Assembly (NCBI GenBank): GCA_949358305.1
Contig: OX442314.1
Location: 20,150,001-20,214,000, forward strand
Direction: 5' to 3'
DNA from: Strigamia acuminata
Lineage: Eukaryota
Length of the DNA: 64,000 bases
Part shown: positions 33,201-47,000 of the stretch, piece after piece
Position numbering within the stretch: position 1 is the stretch's first letter
Layout: each line of letters begins with the position of its first letter
The notes under the pieces: model-generated
What the model was told of the DNA's origin: nothing
The model's database searches: none
Seen by the model: the letters and a program-made list of their open reading frames with translations, nothing else
Made by a program: the position numbers and the translations under genes

Positions 33201-36200
33201 CCGTAAACCAATCAATAGTGCAACAGTTGACTATAGACGGAAACATGCGCAATCTTAGCCTGAGCGAGTCACCGATGGGACTCATGGCCAAACACACGTG
33301 TAAATTAGCTCGAACTCGATCCAAAAAATAATTGTAAATCATCATCGGCGTCATGTCATCCATAATACCCTGAAAAAATAATAGAAATTAAATATTTATC
33401 AATGAAATTAATTCGAATCACAACTGACTGCGTCTCTGGCAGCATTCTGCACTTTCTCCGTAATTTCCACTTTTTCTTCCGACGCGTATAAATTCGGAAT
33501 GTCGCAGGTATTTAGAATCATATTGACATCTTCGAGGAACCCTTCGTCCTTAATTTGACTGTCTGCAAAAACAAAACTGCATTTTTTGCCATCAGCACCG
33601 GCCATTTTGAGCAATTTTTTCATGTCTTCTCTCCATTCTGTCATACAATAAGTTTTCGTCAATTCAATTTGAAACAACTCGAACCGGGATATAAAAGTAG
33701 CCAATTTGGCACAACTTTGCCGCCCACTGCCACCAATGCCGACTAGCACAGCGTGCCCATTGTCGGCCTTCAAGATACGACTGACTCGTGAGATGTGCTC
33801 CACAGCAAACCGAAACATGACGAGAGGCATAGGGCTTTTGCTAACTGAATTGTATTCTGATAAATAGCTTTCCATGACTTCGATTAAGGCTTCGATGTTA
33901 CGAATTTCGTCATAAATTTTTAGTTCTGCGTCTGGGTGAAAATAATCGCCGAAAACGAGACCGCGAAGATCTGCGTCGGTAATCGTCGTCGCCGGTGGAA
34001 CTAATAAATGAGGAAGAATTTTTTCCATCGATTGTTTCCAAGTGAGTTTGCACGTCTCTTGAATCGCGGTAAAAAAAGCTTGTCTGAAAATGAAAAGTTT
34101 AACGTAAAATTCTAACACAAAATAATAATTTTAATAAAAATAGTGACCTGTCTTCGTCGTCTGTAAGCCGGTCGTAGAAAACACGATATACTTCGTGGAT
34201 CCATAACCGACATACTTTACCGGAATCCACTAAATGAGTGTTTGGAACAAACAGAACTCCTAAAACAATGCGTGAAAAGTCACGCAAGTTGAATATGTAG
34301 TGAGACTTGGTTGGAGTTGGCAAAAAATTAGCCATCGCCTTTTTGTATACTTCCAATGTTGAATTAATTACCGCCTAATAAACAAATAAAATAAAATAAA
34401 ATAAAATAAAATCCATTGAAACGTCACTAACCTTCGATGATATAGACACCCCAGTCTCAAAACCCTGAGCAAAGTGCCAATCCACAATTTGGGTGAATAT
34501 TTTAACCATTGTAATATCATTAAAACTGTCAATAGCGATAATATTCAAATGCCTGGTCATTCGTTTCGTGATGTCATTTCTACCTCCGCCGGGAGGTGCC
34601 ATAGCTGATACAAAATTCTATTTTGAAAAATAATAAATTGATTATAATAAATTGGATTTTTAAATCTTTTTCATCGTACCAAATCTATAAGTTCAACTTT
34701 AGTCGTGTCCTTTTTGTCGTACCAATGCCAATGATCGAGCCATTGACGAAGTAATTCAATCGGAGGTTGTGCCCCCCATTTTTCTTTAGCGGGCATATTT
34801 AAATCATCGATTAAAACTACACATTTCTTTCCTAAAGCAGGACCGAACAATCCTTTGCGTCGTCTATCCAGTTTCACCATCACCATGTCTTGTGTTTGGC
34901 TCGCAGTGGTGCGGGCAGAAAAATTTATGGTGTTAACCATGAATTTCTCTTGAGTTAGGTTCTGCAAGAAGTTGTTAATGATTGCTGATTTTCCAGTTCC
35001 GGTTGGACCGACAAATAATATGGGAATTTCACGCTTGAGTAGAATACTTAGGAAAAAGGCCTGCCGAGCCGTTTCGTTTGTTTTGATTATTAGTTCTGAC
35101 GGCTAGAAATTACAAAACAAATAAAAACAAATACATCAAAATCCGATGTTAAAATCGAATACTTTTGCAGTGACTGGAATGATTAAATCTGATTTTGGTA
35201 TAGTTTCCATCCAATCAACCCAGATCCCACGTCTGTCAAAAGCAAAATCGTACATAGTTGCTTTTTCAGGGAAAAGTTGAAGCTAAAATAAATTTATTAA
35301 TTAATTGTGTTGAAAATTGATAAAATTAATTACTTTAGTTAATCGATATGTTTTGGGTTTCGGATTAGCCAAGTCGTTTCCATTTAAAATTGGGCGTACG
35401 AAAACGTCAAATTTTTTTCGACTATCTCGATTGAGTGACCCACCAAGACCCCAAGCGAGACAAAACACAAACAACATTTGTAGCCAATTTGTAACCTGAA
35501 AACCATATACCGTAAATCAAAATCAAATATTAATTCAGTTTTTTTTTTACAAAAAAACAATGTCACCTGCTCAGGCTGATAATCCTCAAATTGTGGGTCA
35601 GTAAATTCTATATAGTCCAAAATGCACGTATACAAGTTACACATGCCTTTAAAAATATGCATGTTCGAAGTATTAACGAACTGTATGCAATTTCTATTAA
35701 TGAAGTGCAAGCAAGGTGGGATAAGCCATTCAAACATGTCATACAACATTTGAAGTTGGTCGGCTGACATTATAGGCTTTAAAGTATTCAGGTACGAGTC
35801 TCGAAAAGGTCTCCACCCCAACTAAAAAAAATAAAATAAAAATTAGAAATGTTAGTAAACAAATTCTTATATATTTATTACTTTGTACGATTCCATGTAA
35901 ATCATTCCACAACGTGATACAGTAGCTGGAGATGCCATTTCTAGATCCTCAGGTTCAAATATTAAGCTCATGGAGGAGGTCATTTTAATAATTTCACCGC
36001 TCATCAAGCATAACTTGCAAACAAAACAAAACAAAACACATAAACATATACAATTTTAAAACAAACGTACGAAACCAAATTTTACTTTTTTATTATCATC
36101 CAACACCGTATTCATATTTTCAATCCACACAGCGTCAACTGGTCCATCAAATAAAATCCATTTCCTGTCGGGACTAGAATTCGATGCTAAATCTCGAAAT

Positions 36201-39200
36201 GTATTAGATAAAATACCTTAAAAAATTAAAAAAATACAATTTAAAGAAAAAAGAATAAGAAAAAAACTTAAATTTGTTAAATGATCACATTTTTACCTTC
36301 ACACCATTCGCCATTCACATCAAACTGCCCGTACAATTGCCCCATAGTAATGGCCTTAGGATTCAGGATCCTGTAAATGGTCTTGTTTTCGCCCATTTGG
36401 CCACGGCTATTGAGCATTGTCAACGATTCTGCTAGCAGTTGATACGCTGAGGTTTTCCCACCAAGTGGATCTCCAACCACCATCAAGCCATGTCGCACCA
36501 AAACCATTTCATAAACTTGAATAATTTTCTCAATAAACCATGGTGTGCCTTGAAGATTTCTACCGAGGATGCATTCATCTAACGCTAAGTACAGGAGTTC
36601 ATAATCTGGTACGGGAAGAATAATACCGGGAAATAAATCGGTAATAATTCCTTGGAATAAATCAACGTCCTAGAATTAATAAATACACGATTATCTAAAA
36701 TGAAATCAATTCTTTCATATGTAAACGTCACCTGATCAAGAAATTTTGCCAAATTCACATCCTTGATTGCCCTCAAAACCAAAATAGCTTCATTTTCTGT
36801 GGGATATTTCAATTTTAAATTCCCAGACGCAGTGAGAACGGCTTTAACAGCTCGCATTCCGTAATCGTAATGATTTTGAGATGACAACTGCTCCGAACAC
36901 AATTTGTAAGCATTTATTATTTTACCAGCCATACTAAAAATAAATTATTTTAATTTATTTTAATTAATTAATTATTATTATTCTTACCTTCTAGCATTCA
37001 CATAACCCATTGAATATAATGAAATTTCTCCAATCATGCCGTAATCAGGCACCATCATGGCTACCGACCTAAATAACACCTTAGAAAATACAAATGTAAG
37101 CATGTAATCATTCAGAATGGTCTTACAATATATTTTTACCTTTAAATTGTCAGGTAATTCTTGTCTTCCAGCGTAACCTGGATTCATAGTAATAAAAGCA
37201 GCACATCCTGGATTTAAATTAATTTCGCTGCCTTCGAATATAAACCTCTTTAACTTCAAATTCTTGGCGATGGTAATACACAGCACTTGTTGAGCAACCA
37301 CACTCAACACTTCCAATGATATCCGATTAAATTCATCAAAACAAGCCCAAGCGCCAGACGTGGCAATTCCTTTAAAGAATTTCCCCATTGCTTTATAATC
37401 GAGTTCGTCGGAACAATTAAAAACCACGCACTGAAAACAAACGGAAATATAATCAAAAACATTATTCGTTTCTCGCAAACCAACCTGTTTGGCTAAAGCT
37501 TTGGCCAAATCTTTCGTTGTTTCTGTTTTCCCGGTTCCAGCTGGACCTTCGGGAGCACCACCCAAGTTCAACTGCAACGCTCCTAACACGGTTCTGTAGC
37601 ACCTATCTGTCAACGGTGTAATAACTAAACGACCACTGTTGCCCAAATATTCAAATCCATAATTTCTTGACGTTGTGATCATTTTCACGTTGACCGTGTC
37701 ATTTGTCCAATAATAACGTAATTGGCAAGTCCAATCGAAATCGTTTACTGACTGAATTTTTAGCTCTGCCAAACTCACTACAACATCACGTGCTAAAAAT
37801 TTTTAAAAAAATTTTTAAAAAAAAATTATTATTTTTTTAAATAAAATAAATTACCATGGACATCAATAACTATAAGTGCACCCAGTGTAATTCGTGCTCC
37901 CCATTCCAATTTTCCTCGCACCAGAGCAATAACTTCATCAATTTGACTCGAGCATACATCTCCATATTCCTATAATAAATAACAATAAACAATCGATCTA
38001 AAAATAAAATTTAAAAAAAAAGCACTTCTAATTTTCCTGTTGAGATGGCATCTTCAACATCAGTGGTCCAATAAATTGTACTTGTACAAAGAACAATTTG
38101 ACCAGGCCAATCAATAATCCAATCACGGCGTACAGACTTTGGATACGAAATCACCGCCGATGCAGTAATAGTCCTCAAACTGTTTATCATTTCTGCTTCA
38201 ACTTCAACGAGCCATTTTTCAACAGAACCCTGCAACATTATAAATTCCTTAACATGTATATTTTTTTGTTTTGAAATCATTACTTTAAAATCAGCTGGAT
38301 GTATAGTTCTAGTATAAGATATGAGTTCTCCTTCAGCCGATATCATACCGCAGATTTCCAATTTGGCATTAAACTCTAATAAGTTAATGCCTTCGAAACA
38401 TTTTTTCAAGTGCGGCTGTACACGTAGTGGATCTTTGGTTTCTGATAAAATCTCCAGTAACTCGTCGTTTGACAAGAAAAAAAATCTATAGAAAATATAA
38501 TGAAAAATTGTTAACCATAAAAAAAATAAAAATAAGAATAAAATAAAAAAGTAAACGGTTTGCCAATTTGCCATTATTAAATAACCTTGGGAAATAAAGC
38601 CGTTTCTTATCGAGGTATTCGTTCAAACTGGCTTGTATTTCATCCAAATATCGATTGCATTCTTGAAGTCGAGGGAGTAAATTATCGATTGCAGGAAGAG
38701 CAAGAGCGCGGCAGTCCAACGTCGCTTTACTAGTGATATCACGCCATTGTTTATCCACGTATAAAAACTTCCTGCCTTCTTGTGGCATTTGCTTCAAAAT
38801 ATCCGGAGAACTGAAAATCGGCTCTAAATACATCCACGTAGCTTGGCACTACAAAAAATACATCAACAAACTAAATTCACGTAGGAATCTAAATAACTTA
38901 CTTTAAGCCATGAATCGATAATATCCTGCATCGTAACCAACGTGTTTTCCCATTTGATCATCTCCTCTTCAAACGGCTTCACAAACGGTGATCCACGCAT
39001 AGTTTGAGCCTTCAATATATGTTCGTCTAACATTGTTTGCACATCGTCAACTTGTACCAATAAATAAATCGGCTGACAAAAAAAAAAGAAAAATGTTTTC
39101 ACATTAAAAATTCAAAAACAATAAAAATCAAACCCATACAGTGTCTCTGTACGGTATAAATTCCAATATGATATCACTCCAATCTCCCTTCATCCTTCGC

Positions 39201-42200
39201 AACACCGACTCCATAGCGTGTTCCTTCGATGCACCGGATGATATCTCGTCCAATTTTAGCAGATGTTTAACCAACCCTAAATCCACCATATCAGCTAACG
39301 TTGTTTTATCCGTTATTTTCACTTCAACGCCAGCATGTTTTGATATCTAGAATAAAATTTAAAAATCCACAATGCCATAACCTACAGTGAACTTCCGTTA
39401 GACAGGACACAAACCTGATCCCAATGTCTTTTCTGCATTCCTGGGTTACAAATGGCCACCAAAAGAGGCACATATACTTTGAATCTTTCAATTCTGGCCC
39501 TAATGTTATCGTTTACTCTTCTAGGTCCTGGTTGATCGGAAAATGTTTTGATCAATTTGTTTAATGTTTTCAACATTCCTTCCACTTCGTCTACCACAGC
39601 ATCAGCAGCAACTTCGAGAAAAGGCCCTACAAACGCTCGTCTGTATTGTCAAATCACTTTTACAAGTTGAAAATGTTTTACCATTGTACCACTTGTCGTA
39701 ATTTTGAACAAAAGTCCAAGCTGTGGTCCATAATTTCTCGTAGGGGTCCTTTAAAATCATCATTTGTTGAATAGCGGGGAAAACAGTCGGAGATTCTTCT
39801 AACAAAACTTCTTCTCTATTCATTCCTTTCACTTCTTGATCAGCTTCATCCAACGTTTTTGAAATCCTCGCGATGTTTTCTGCATTCTTCTTAATCTCGT
39901 CAATAGTTAGAATCTGTTAACGGAGTTTTAAATTGCAAAATTTCGGCACAAAATAAAAGGTATAAGCGAATTACGGGTGGATCTTTCTTCTTGAATGTTT
40001 CCAACTCTTTGTGTAATATCACCAGTTTATCGTCGTAAAGACGAACTCGTTTGTGCAAGGATTCTTCTACCTGCTCGCGACGAGACACCAAATATGTCTG
40101 AGACACGTCCATGATTTTCTTCACATCACTCATCCAATTAAAAACTTTGTTATTCAACAGTATGTCTTCAGCTAATAACCAAAAGAAATAAATAAATAAA
40201 TATTGACTATCTAAAGAATTCTTTTTACGTGAAATCATTCCATGTTCAAGTAGAAATACCAAATTTGAAGAACTAACTCCAATGTCTGTTTTTAGTTTGA
40301 CCAGTTTTTTCTTCTCGCACTGATATTATTAATTCAAAGTTAATTACGGACTGCAACTTTATCGTCAAAAAACCTACATCATCCATAAACGATGCCAAAT
40401 TTACGATTGTTTCAGTTGTAGTTGGTGTTTCACCAGCTCTCTGAGCAATTTCTTCAAAAGCAGCACAAATACTAAAAATAAATAAATATATTGTTATGTT
40501 TATTTTATAAGTAGTTTACAGTTAAATCATAATCGTCTTACTCTCTGTTCTTCTCTCTGTTGGTATTAACAATAAAATTGAGAACAAGTAATCGCAGCCG
40601 TTCAGCGTGACCAGCTAATACTGAAATGACATCAGCAGTTGCAAGTCCAAACAAATTCAAATGTACGGTGTAACGGCCTTCAACTATTTCGTCACGCGTT
40701 GCTGCAATTTCAGTTATTTTCTAATAATATTGTGTTATAAATGAATAAAAAGTAAAATAATTGCAACAAACAAACACACTTTGCCATATTGCTTTAAATT
40801 AAGAGTTTTGTCGTCTAAAAATTTTAATACTTTGCGCTCGGCTTGACCATCCATCAGGTTTAAATATTTTCTATACTCATTTAGGTACCTAAAACAAAAA
40901 AAATTAATATTATTTTTATTATTATTATGGTATTATTATATCTAAAATATTTTTTTTTACCGCTGAGGCCCTATTACATTAGCCTTAAAAATCTTTACAG
41001 ATTTTTTATACAATTCTTGGATGTGTTCTTCATTAAAATCAACGGATCTCAAAAAGAGAGGCTGGTCTTTCATTTCGGGGAATAATTCTTTTTCAACCTA
41101 AAATTTAATTTTATAAAATTAATAAATAATGTTTTGAAAATGACTTACCCGAGGTATGTTCCGATTACAAGATAAAATTAATTGAAATATTCTCTGTAAT
41201 AATTTCAACACGTCATCCAGAGTAGGATCAAAACAAATTTTTCTTTCCTGAACATAGACTCTAATTTTTAAAATATTTTGTCTAAAAAATAAAAGATCAT
41301 GATAGTCGCCAGTGAAATTGTTACCGTGCTGTCAAAAAACGTAAAAAATAAATTAAAAATTTAAACAAAAATCCAAAAAATTAATTATTTTTTTCCATTA
41401 CCTCGTATACTAATAAAAAATTAACGAAATCAACAAATGTTTCTGTAACCATTTTCCTAAGTTGAGTGCTCATTAATGCCGCAACGCACTCGAAAAATTT
41501 CTGAACTTTAGTCAATGAACCATCTCTTCCTTGAGGAACAAATGGTGCCCAATCAGATAACTGATCCGTGAAAACTTGAGCACATTGAGGTATCCACCTT
41601 GAAAAAAAATTAATAATTAATAAACTTAAAACAGAATTAAAAATTTAAAACATTTACTCTTTTACTAATAAATTGGTCGTTTGGTTTACGCAATCAATTA
41701 CCCTCATTTCAAAACTATCAACTGACATCGGAAGCTCAGATTCAGAAAAGTCTTCCATATTCATAAATTTTATAAGTCTAAATCTGTAAAGATTAGAAAG
41801 AAAAAAAAACAATAAATTTTAAATTATTATTTTTCTTATTATATTCTTTTACTTTTCCATCCAAATTTTATTAATTGTTCTTATAATTGGATTCGTCGTA
41901 AATTCCACTTTGTTCAATTCATCTTTTATATGTTTAAATTGAAAATGCCACGGACTGGGGCCACGAATCGTGCGTATGGGAAAAATTGGAGGTGACGATG
42001 AAATATTGATTCGTTTCTTTTCATCATCGTCCAATAAAATGTAATCCACTATAGTAGTAAAAAACGAGTCAATTTTAAAAAGTGTACGGTAAATATAGCA
42101 CATTTTTTACTGATTGCTTTGCGAACACTCAATTTATAATCGTTCTGTACTTCCTCCCATAAATCGACTAAAATCAACTGTTGCATTCGTCTTTGTTTTA

Positions 42201-43180
42201 ATTTTGGACTAATTCGATGATCTATATTCTTTAAAACGTATTCGGGAATCGGGTCTACCATTTCGTCACTAATTTTGTTCTTTACATAAAAATGGTAACC
42301 CTGAAAAAAATTTTTTTTTTAGATTTATTAATACCGTACAGTATTTTTTTAAATACCTCTAAATCACTTTCTGTTAACTGTATCTTGCTTGCGTCCGTTT
42401 TTGCCTGAATAGTACTCATAACTGTCCTTTGGTGCATCGGTGACATAGGAGGACTCGGTGGATATCTTTAAATAATCACAATAATATTTAATAAATACAG
42501 TAGAACAATTATTTTTAGCAAACCTGGCTGACGGGGGCGGTGCAGATGCTAATTTCAGATGCTTGTGAGTTCTTCTAGCAAAATTCATTTCACGGCGAGC
42601 ATAATGAAATTTTGATAAACCTTAAAATTGAAATAAAACATAAATTTAAAGTAGTAATTCAAGAGTTACAATTTCTATTTTCATCTTCACTTGAATTAGC
42701 AGCAGCAGCAGTTAATTCAGGAACATCTTTCCGTTGTGGTAAACTCCGCAATGTCAAGTTTTTAGCCGATTGTGAAAATGCATTACCAATGGAATCACTA
42801 ACAAGTCGAAAATGACGCATTTCTTTAAAGGGAGCTGATTTCGTCCATGATTCGGATTGCATTATAGGAGGATGACTTCGTTTTCTTGCAATATGCTGTT
42901 GTATTTAATTTTAAAAAATATATTAAACATTAAAACAAACTGTTTAAAAAAAATTTACTTGATAAAAAGCTGATGGTTCATCAGAACCAACATCGATCGA
43001 AGGTGGAAACGACGTTGAACTCGACGTATCGCTTTTACTCGCTCTTGACAGTGGACCACCGTGCTAAATGTATAATATTTTATAAAATTTAACCATCAAA
43101 AATTATAAATAAATAAATGTAGAATTAGATGCAAAAACTTAAACAAAACTCACTTCCGCGTGCTTTTTCTTAGGTGGCAT
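27267..43180 (-). CDS. DNAH3: Axonemal inner-arm dynein heavy chain, DNAH3-like (many short introns)
   Basis: P-loops [40 protein letters not shown]; stalk/MTBD; C-terminus [16 protein letters not shown]-terminal HPPIM..SWT..APFKE..SDSI matches my recollection of DNAH3; first exon MPPKKKHAE at 43180. Confidence 0.9.
28396..28595. mobile_element. Intronic MITE (TA-CCGTA termini) in the dynein gene
   Basis: TACCGTAAAGCTTCA / TGAAGCTTTATGGTA inverted repeat; GC-rich interior with a duplicated AAxxCGCCGGGxGxxGGGTCG motif. Confidence 0.75.
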
Positions 43181-43307
43181 TTTATCTTCAGACTTTAAAG
43201 TAAAAAACAAAATAAAAAACGGGGTCTCTAAAACGGTCAACAATATCTTTCTCAAAACTGTAAAATTTCTTTCACAAAAAGTACAAAACAGCCATTTTGT
43301 TACTAAC

Positions 43308-43330
43308 GTAAACAACCGTTGCTAAGAAAC
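43308..43330. promoter_or_regulatory. Adjacent Forkhead site and RFX X-box upstream of the dynein ATG
   Basis: GTAAACAA (43308-43315) and GTTGCTAAGAAAC (43318-43330), 128-150 bp upstream of the ATG. Confidence 0.65.
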
Positions 43331-43431
43331 CACTAGTGGCTCCATCTTGTAACTAAATAAAAACTAATCCATCTATTTCAACTAACTTTTATTCTAAAAA
43401 AACACAGTGAAATTTCGAAAACAAAACTGCA

Positions 43432-45735
43432 CTAGAACTCTTCTTCACTTTCATCATCAGAAAAGTTTACACCTCTTTGCGGGGTACTCAATCGAGGTCG
43501 TTTAGACGCTTGAGAACCATCACTGAATGTAGTCCCAGACCTTGTTGCACTTCGAGTTGAACGAGTATCAAAAAACGACGAAACATCAGGAGTACTGGAT
43601 GTTGAACCCCTGGCAGCTCTACCTCGACTACCCCGAGCCTAAAAAATTAATAAAATCGTTTAAAAAATATAAGTAAACATCGAATATCACACGTGATTTA
43701 CTCGAGCTCTTTCTGTGGCTCGTCTATTGCCACGTGATGTTGTATTCGAGCGCGCTCCTCTAGCTCTACTCCTAGCACGTCCACGACCCCGAATTGGCGC
43801 ATCATCGTCCTCATTCTCGTCCGTTTCATCGACATCCGACATTAGTATTTCGTCATCCGGCACTGGATTTTCATTGGCCTTTTTCCTCGCTTCTCTGATA
43901 ACTTCTTGCATCTATAATACAAATAGATTAAAAATAAATTGCAATTAAGAAAAAATATATTAAGAAACAAATAAACCTCTTCGTCGTCGTTTGTAGCGTT
44001 ATATTCTAATCGATAATTCTGAATATATTTGTCCACGTCAGTTTCGTTTGATATCGATTTCGTTTTCAAATGATCCTGACATTTTTTCACTTGGTATTTG
44101 ATGTATTCATTAATGGCTTCCCTCTCTTCCTTATCCACATACTCTTGAATAGCTTCTCCAAACGTTTTCTCAGCTAAAAGCACCATTTTCTTCTTATCCT
44201 CGCTTTTTTCGAAATATTCTTTGACTAAATCTACGGCCGTGATGTTACCGACTTCCAAATTCTCGAGCTATTATATTTTTAAAAAATAAAATAATTTTAT
44301 TTAAATATTGTGACTCCAAATAATCGTTAGAAATACAACTACCCTGTAAGTAAGATTGAATGCCTCTTCGTCCATTCCATCGTTTTCATTTTTAAAATTA
44401 GTTTTTCTCTTCCTTTGAAACAAAATCATATCTTTAGGATTTGCAACTTGATCGATGAATTTCTGTCCAAATCGATGATGACTAAACATCTCATTTGAAT
44501 CTTCGTATTCGACTCTCAATCGAATCAATGGTTGCTTCGGTTGGTTTTCATTTCCGCTATGTTCGAGAGAAGCTTTTCTGATCATTTCCGTAATACGAGC
44601 CGAACAGTACCCCATCACTTTATTCGTCACATTTCCTTGCGACAGATCGAGACTAGTGTTCTTCAAGACAATATCGTCGAAACGAAACGGCCGAACAGTC
44701 TCCAAAGCGATCTTCGTTAGTCTCATCTCTTTACCGCATACTTCGAGCAACCCGATGTGTTTCGGTGCAGCTTCGGCGGGGCATAACGACGTAGCAACAG
44801 AACTACCTAAACGTAAACAATTTCGAATTTGGATTAAACTAGGAAATAAAAACAAAAATACTAATTCTTGGTACCAGGTTGCGTTATGTAAAAACTTTTC
44901 GTTCCAACCGCTTCCGGATCAATCCGACATTCGTGTTCGTGTCCCCAAAAAACCAAGTTAAGAAAATCGTCTATAAAATTATCCGGAATGTAATTCGTGA
45001 GTCCATGCCGAGCACGATTTTGATGCAACACGAAAATATTGAACCAATCATCCGTTGTTTCCGACGGCCGCAACATTTTAACCTAAAAGAAAATTAATAA
45101 TAAAATTAAGTACAATATTCATTTAAAAAATAATTGAATTTTGCCACCTTATTCGCGACAAAAGCCCGGTGCAATCGTTCATCTCTGATCGATCCTAAGC
45201 CGTACAACGCCAATTTAGTCCTTCCTTTCTGCATCAACAACGGGGTAATTGAAATATTATCTAAATCGAGGCATTTTCCGAAATAGTTGACGAGACCCGA
45301 CACACTCAATATGTCCATCGAGCTCAGTTGACCTCCACCGGCTGGATCATCGTGATTTCCGTGAATGGAAAATATCGGAATGGAAATATTGATGTTGGGA
45401 TCTTCGTAGTTAACAACAGGAAACGTGTTGTGCTTGAAGTTTTCATTTTGATCGCTCACCAATTGAAATCGCACGGGATCGTCTCCTAAGCAATATTTGC
45501 GCAGGAGACGTAAACACGAGTGCATGCATGAACGAGATGGTTTATTTTCGTGGAATAAATCGCCGCCGAGTAAAATGAAGTCAACTTTGAGGTCTTTGGC
45601 TTGCGAGAGGATTTCTTCAAATGTAACGATTGAATCTTTGCCTCGAACTGCATCTTTTTCCGCGTATCCTAGATGATTGTCTGTGGCGAGAAGGATGCGA
45701 AATGTGTCCGCACTTGCCTGATTTGAATCAGACAT
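43432..45735 (-). CDS. MRE11: Double-strand break repair nuclease MRE11
   Basis: ATDNHLG, GGDLFH, IHGNHDD, LHQNR, WGHEHEC phosphoesterase motifs; [11 protein letters not shown]-rich GAR region; acidic C-terminus [10 protein letters not shown]. Confidence 0.97.
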
Positions 45736-46096
45736 GTTTCGATAGGAGATTTTTTAGTTAGCCGCTCACCTGTGGCTGCAGCTTACGTACCGCACAGCGC
45801 ACATGATAACATGTGTCCGTACTTGCGCGCCACCAAGCAGTACCGTTTTAGAACTAAAATAACTAATTTCTCCTCGAATTTCTCTGTTTGAAGGCGCAGA
45901 ATTAAGAAATAAATGGTTGTTTTATATTTTTTTTTGTTTTCTTTATTATTCTTTATTTACATTTTACAGAAAAAAAATCGCTGAAGGAAAAACTATTTTC
46001 ATTTTTTCACAACACGTAATTACTTTCTGACATTTACATTTTTTTTACATTATCAAATTTAAAAATAAACACGCACTAGTTTTATTGTTTAAAAAA

Positions 46097-46692
46097 TTAA
46101 CATTGGTCTTTTAGTGAAAGGCTAAGTATATTAATAGGGGTCACTACTCTGAGTTTGAGGAAACTAAACATTACGTTTGTAATGGCATCGATTGGACCGG
46201 TACTCGACAAAGGATCAAACTTCACGCCCAATTTAAAGCACACGTCAATCAGAGCTTTGTCGACAGAAGCTGTAGAAACATTCGCTGGAAACTCCTTGTC
46301 ATCAATTTCACACGTTTGGGTGAATTGCCTCAGTTCTTTTACGTGGTCTCGAATGTCCTTGAAAATCTTGGCTATGACGTTTTTTTGATTGAGCTGTTTG
46401 AATTGTTTCAGCAGAATTGCTGGTAGATCTGCATAAATAACATTTAATGCACGCTTTTATTAAATGGGTTTAAATATAAACGACACTTACCAACGTGGTA
46501 GTTCAAGACTGCAAAAAGGACAGGAGTTTTGAAATTGGAGCGCAAAAAAATCAACTTCAATAACCAATTTGGCATGTTGGAAAATATAAGTTTTGAATTA
46601 TTTGCGTTCAAAGCGTCTTCGTAAATCTTGTGTGCGTGCTTTCTGTGACTTCTTGGTGCTCTGGTGTGTGTGATTTCAGCAGACGGAAACAT
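46097..46692 (-). CDS. Two-exon orphan gene, 177 aa, no family recognised
   Basis: Exon 1 46692-46491 (G|gtaagt), exon 2 46428-46097 (tgcag|AT), phase-compatible and stop-free; AATAAA on the minus strand just downstream. Confidence 0.6.
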
Positions 46693-47000
46693 CTTTAAGA
46701 TTTGATTTACTTGACGTGATTTGGCAATTTTGACAGATTTGATAAATTGGGCCTAAAAGAATTCTATGAAGAAATGTTACAATGCCAAATATTTCGTTGC
46801 AACAATAGAATTTTGAGGAAAAAAGCAGTTGTGAGTTAACTTATGCTTTTTTTATTTTACTGAAGCGTTTCAATTGCTCGTGCAAACAAAATAAAAAAAA
46901 ATGCGTACGGTAACACAAAACTTTATTTACAAACTATTGTATAACAAATTGCACATTTGATTTTTAATATTTTTTTTATTTTTTATCATCAAAATCAATT

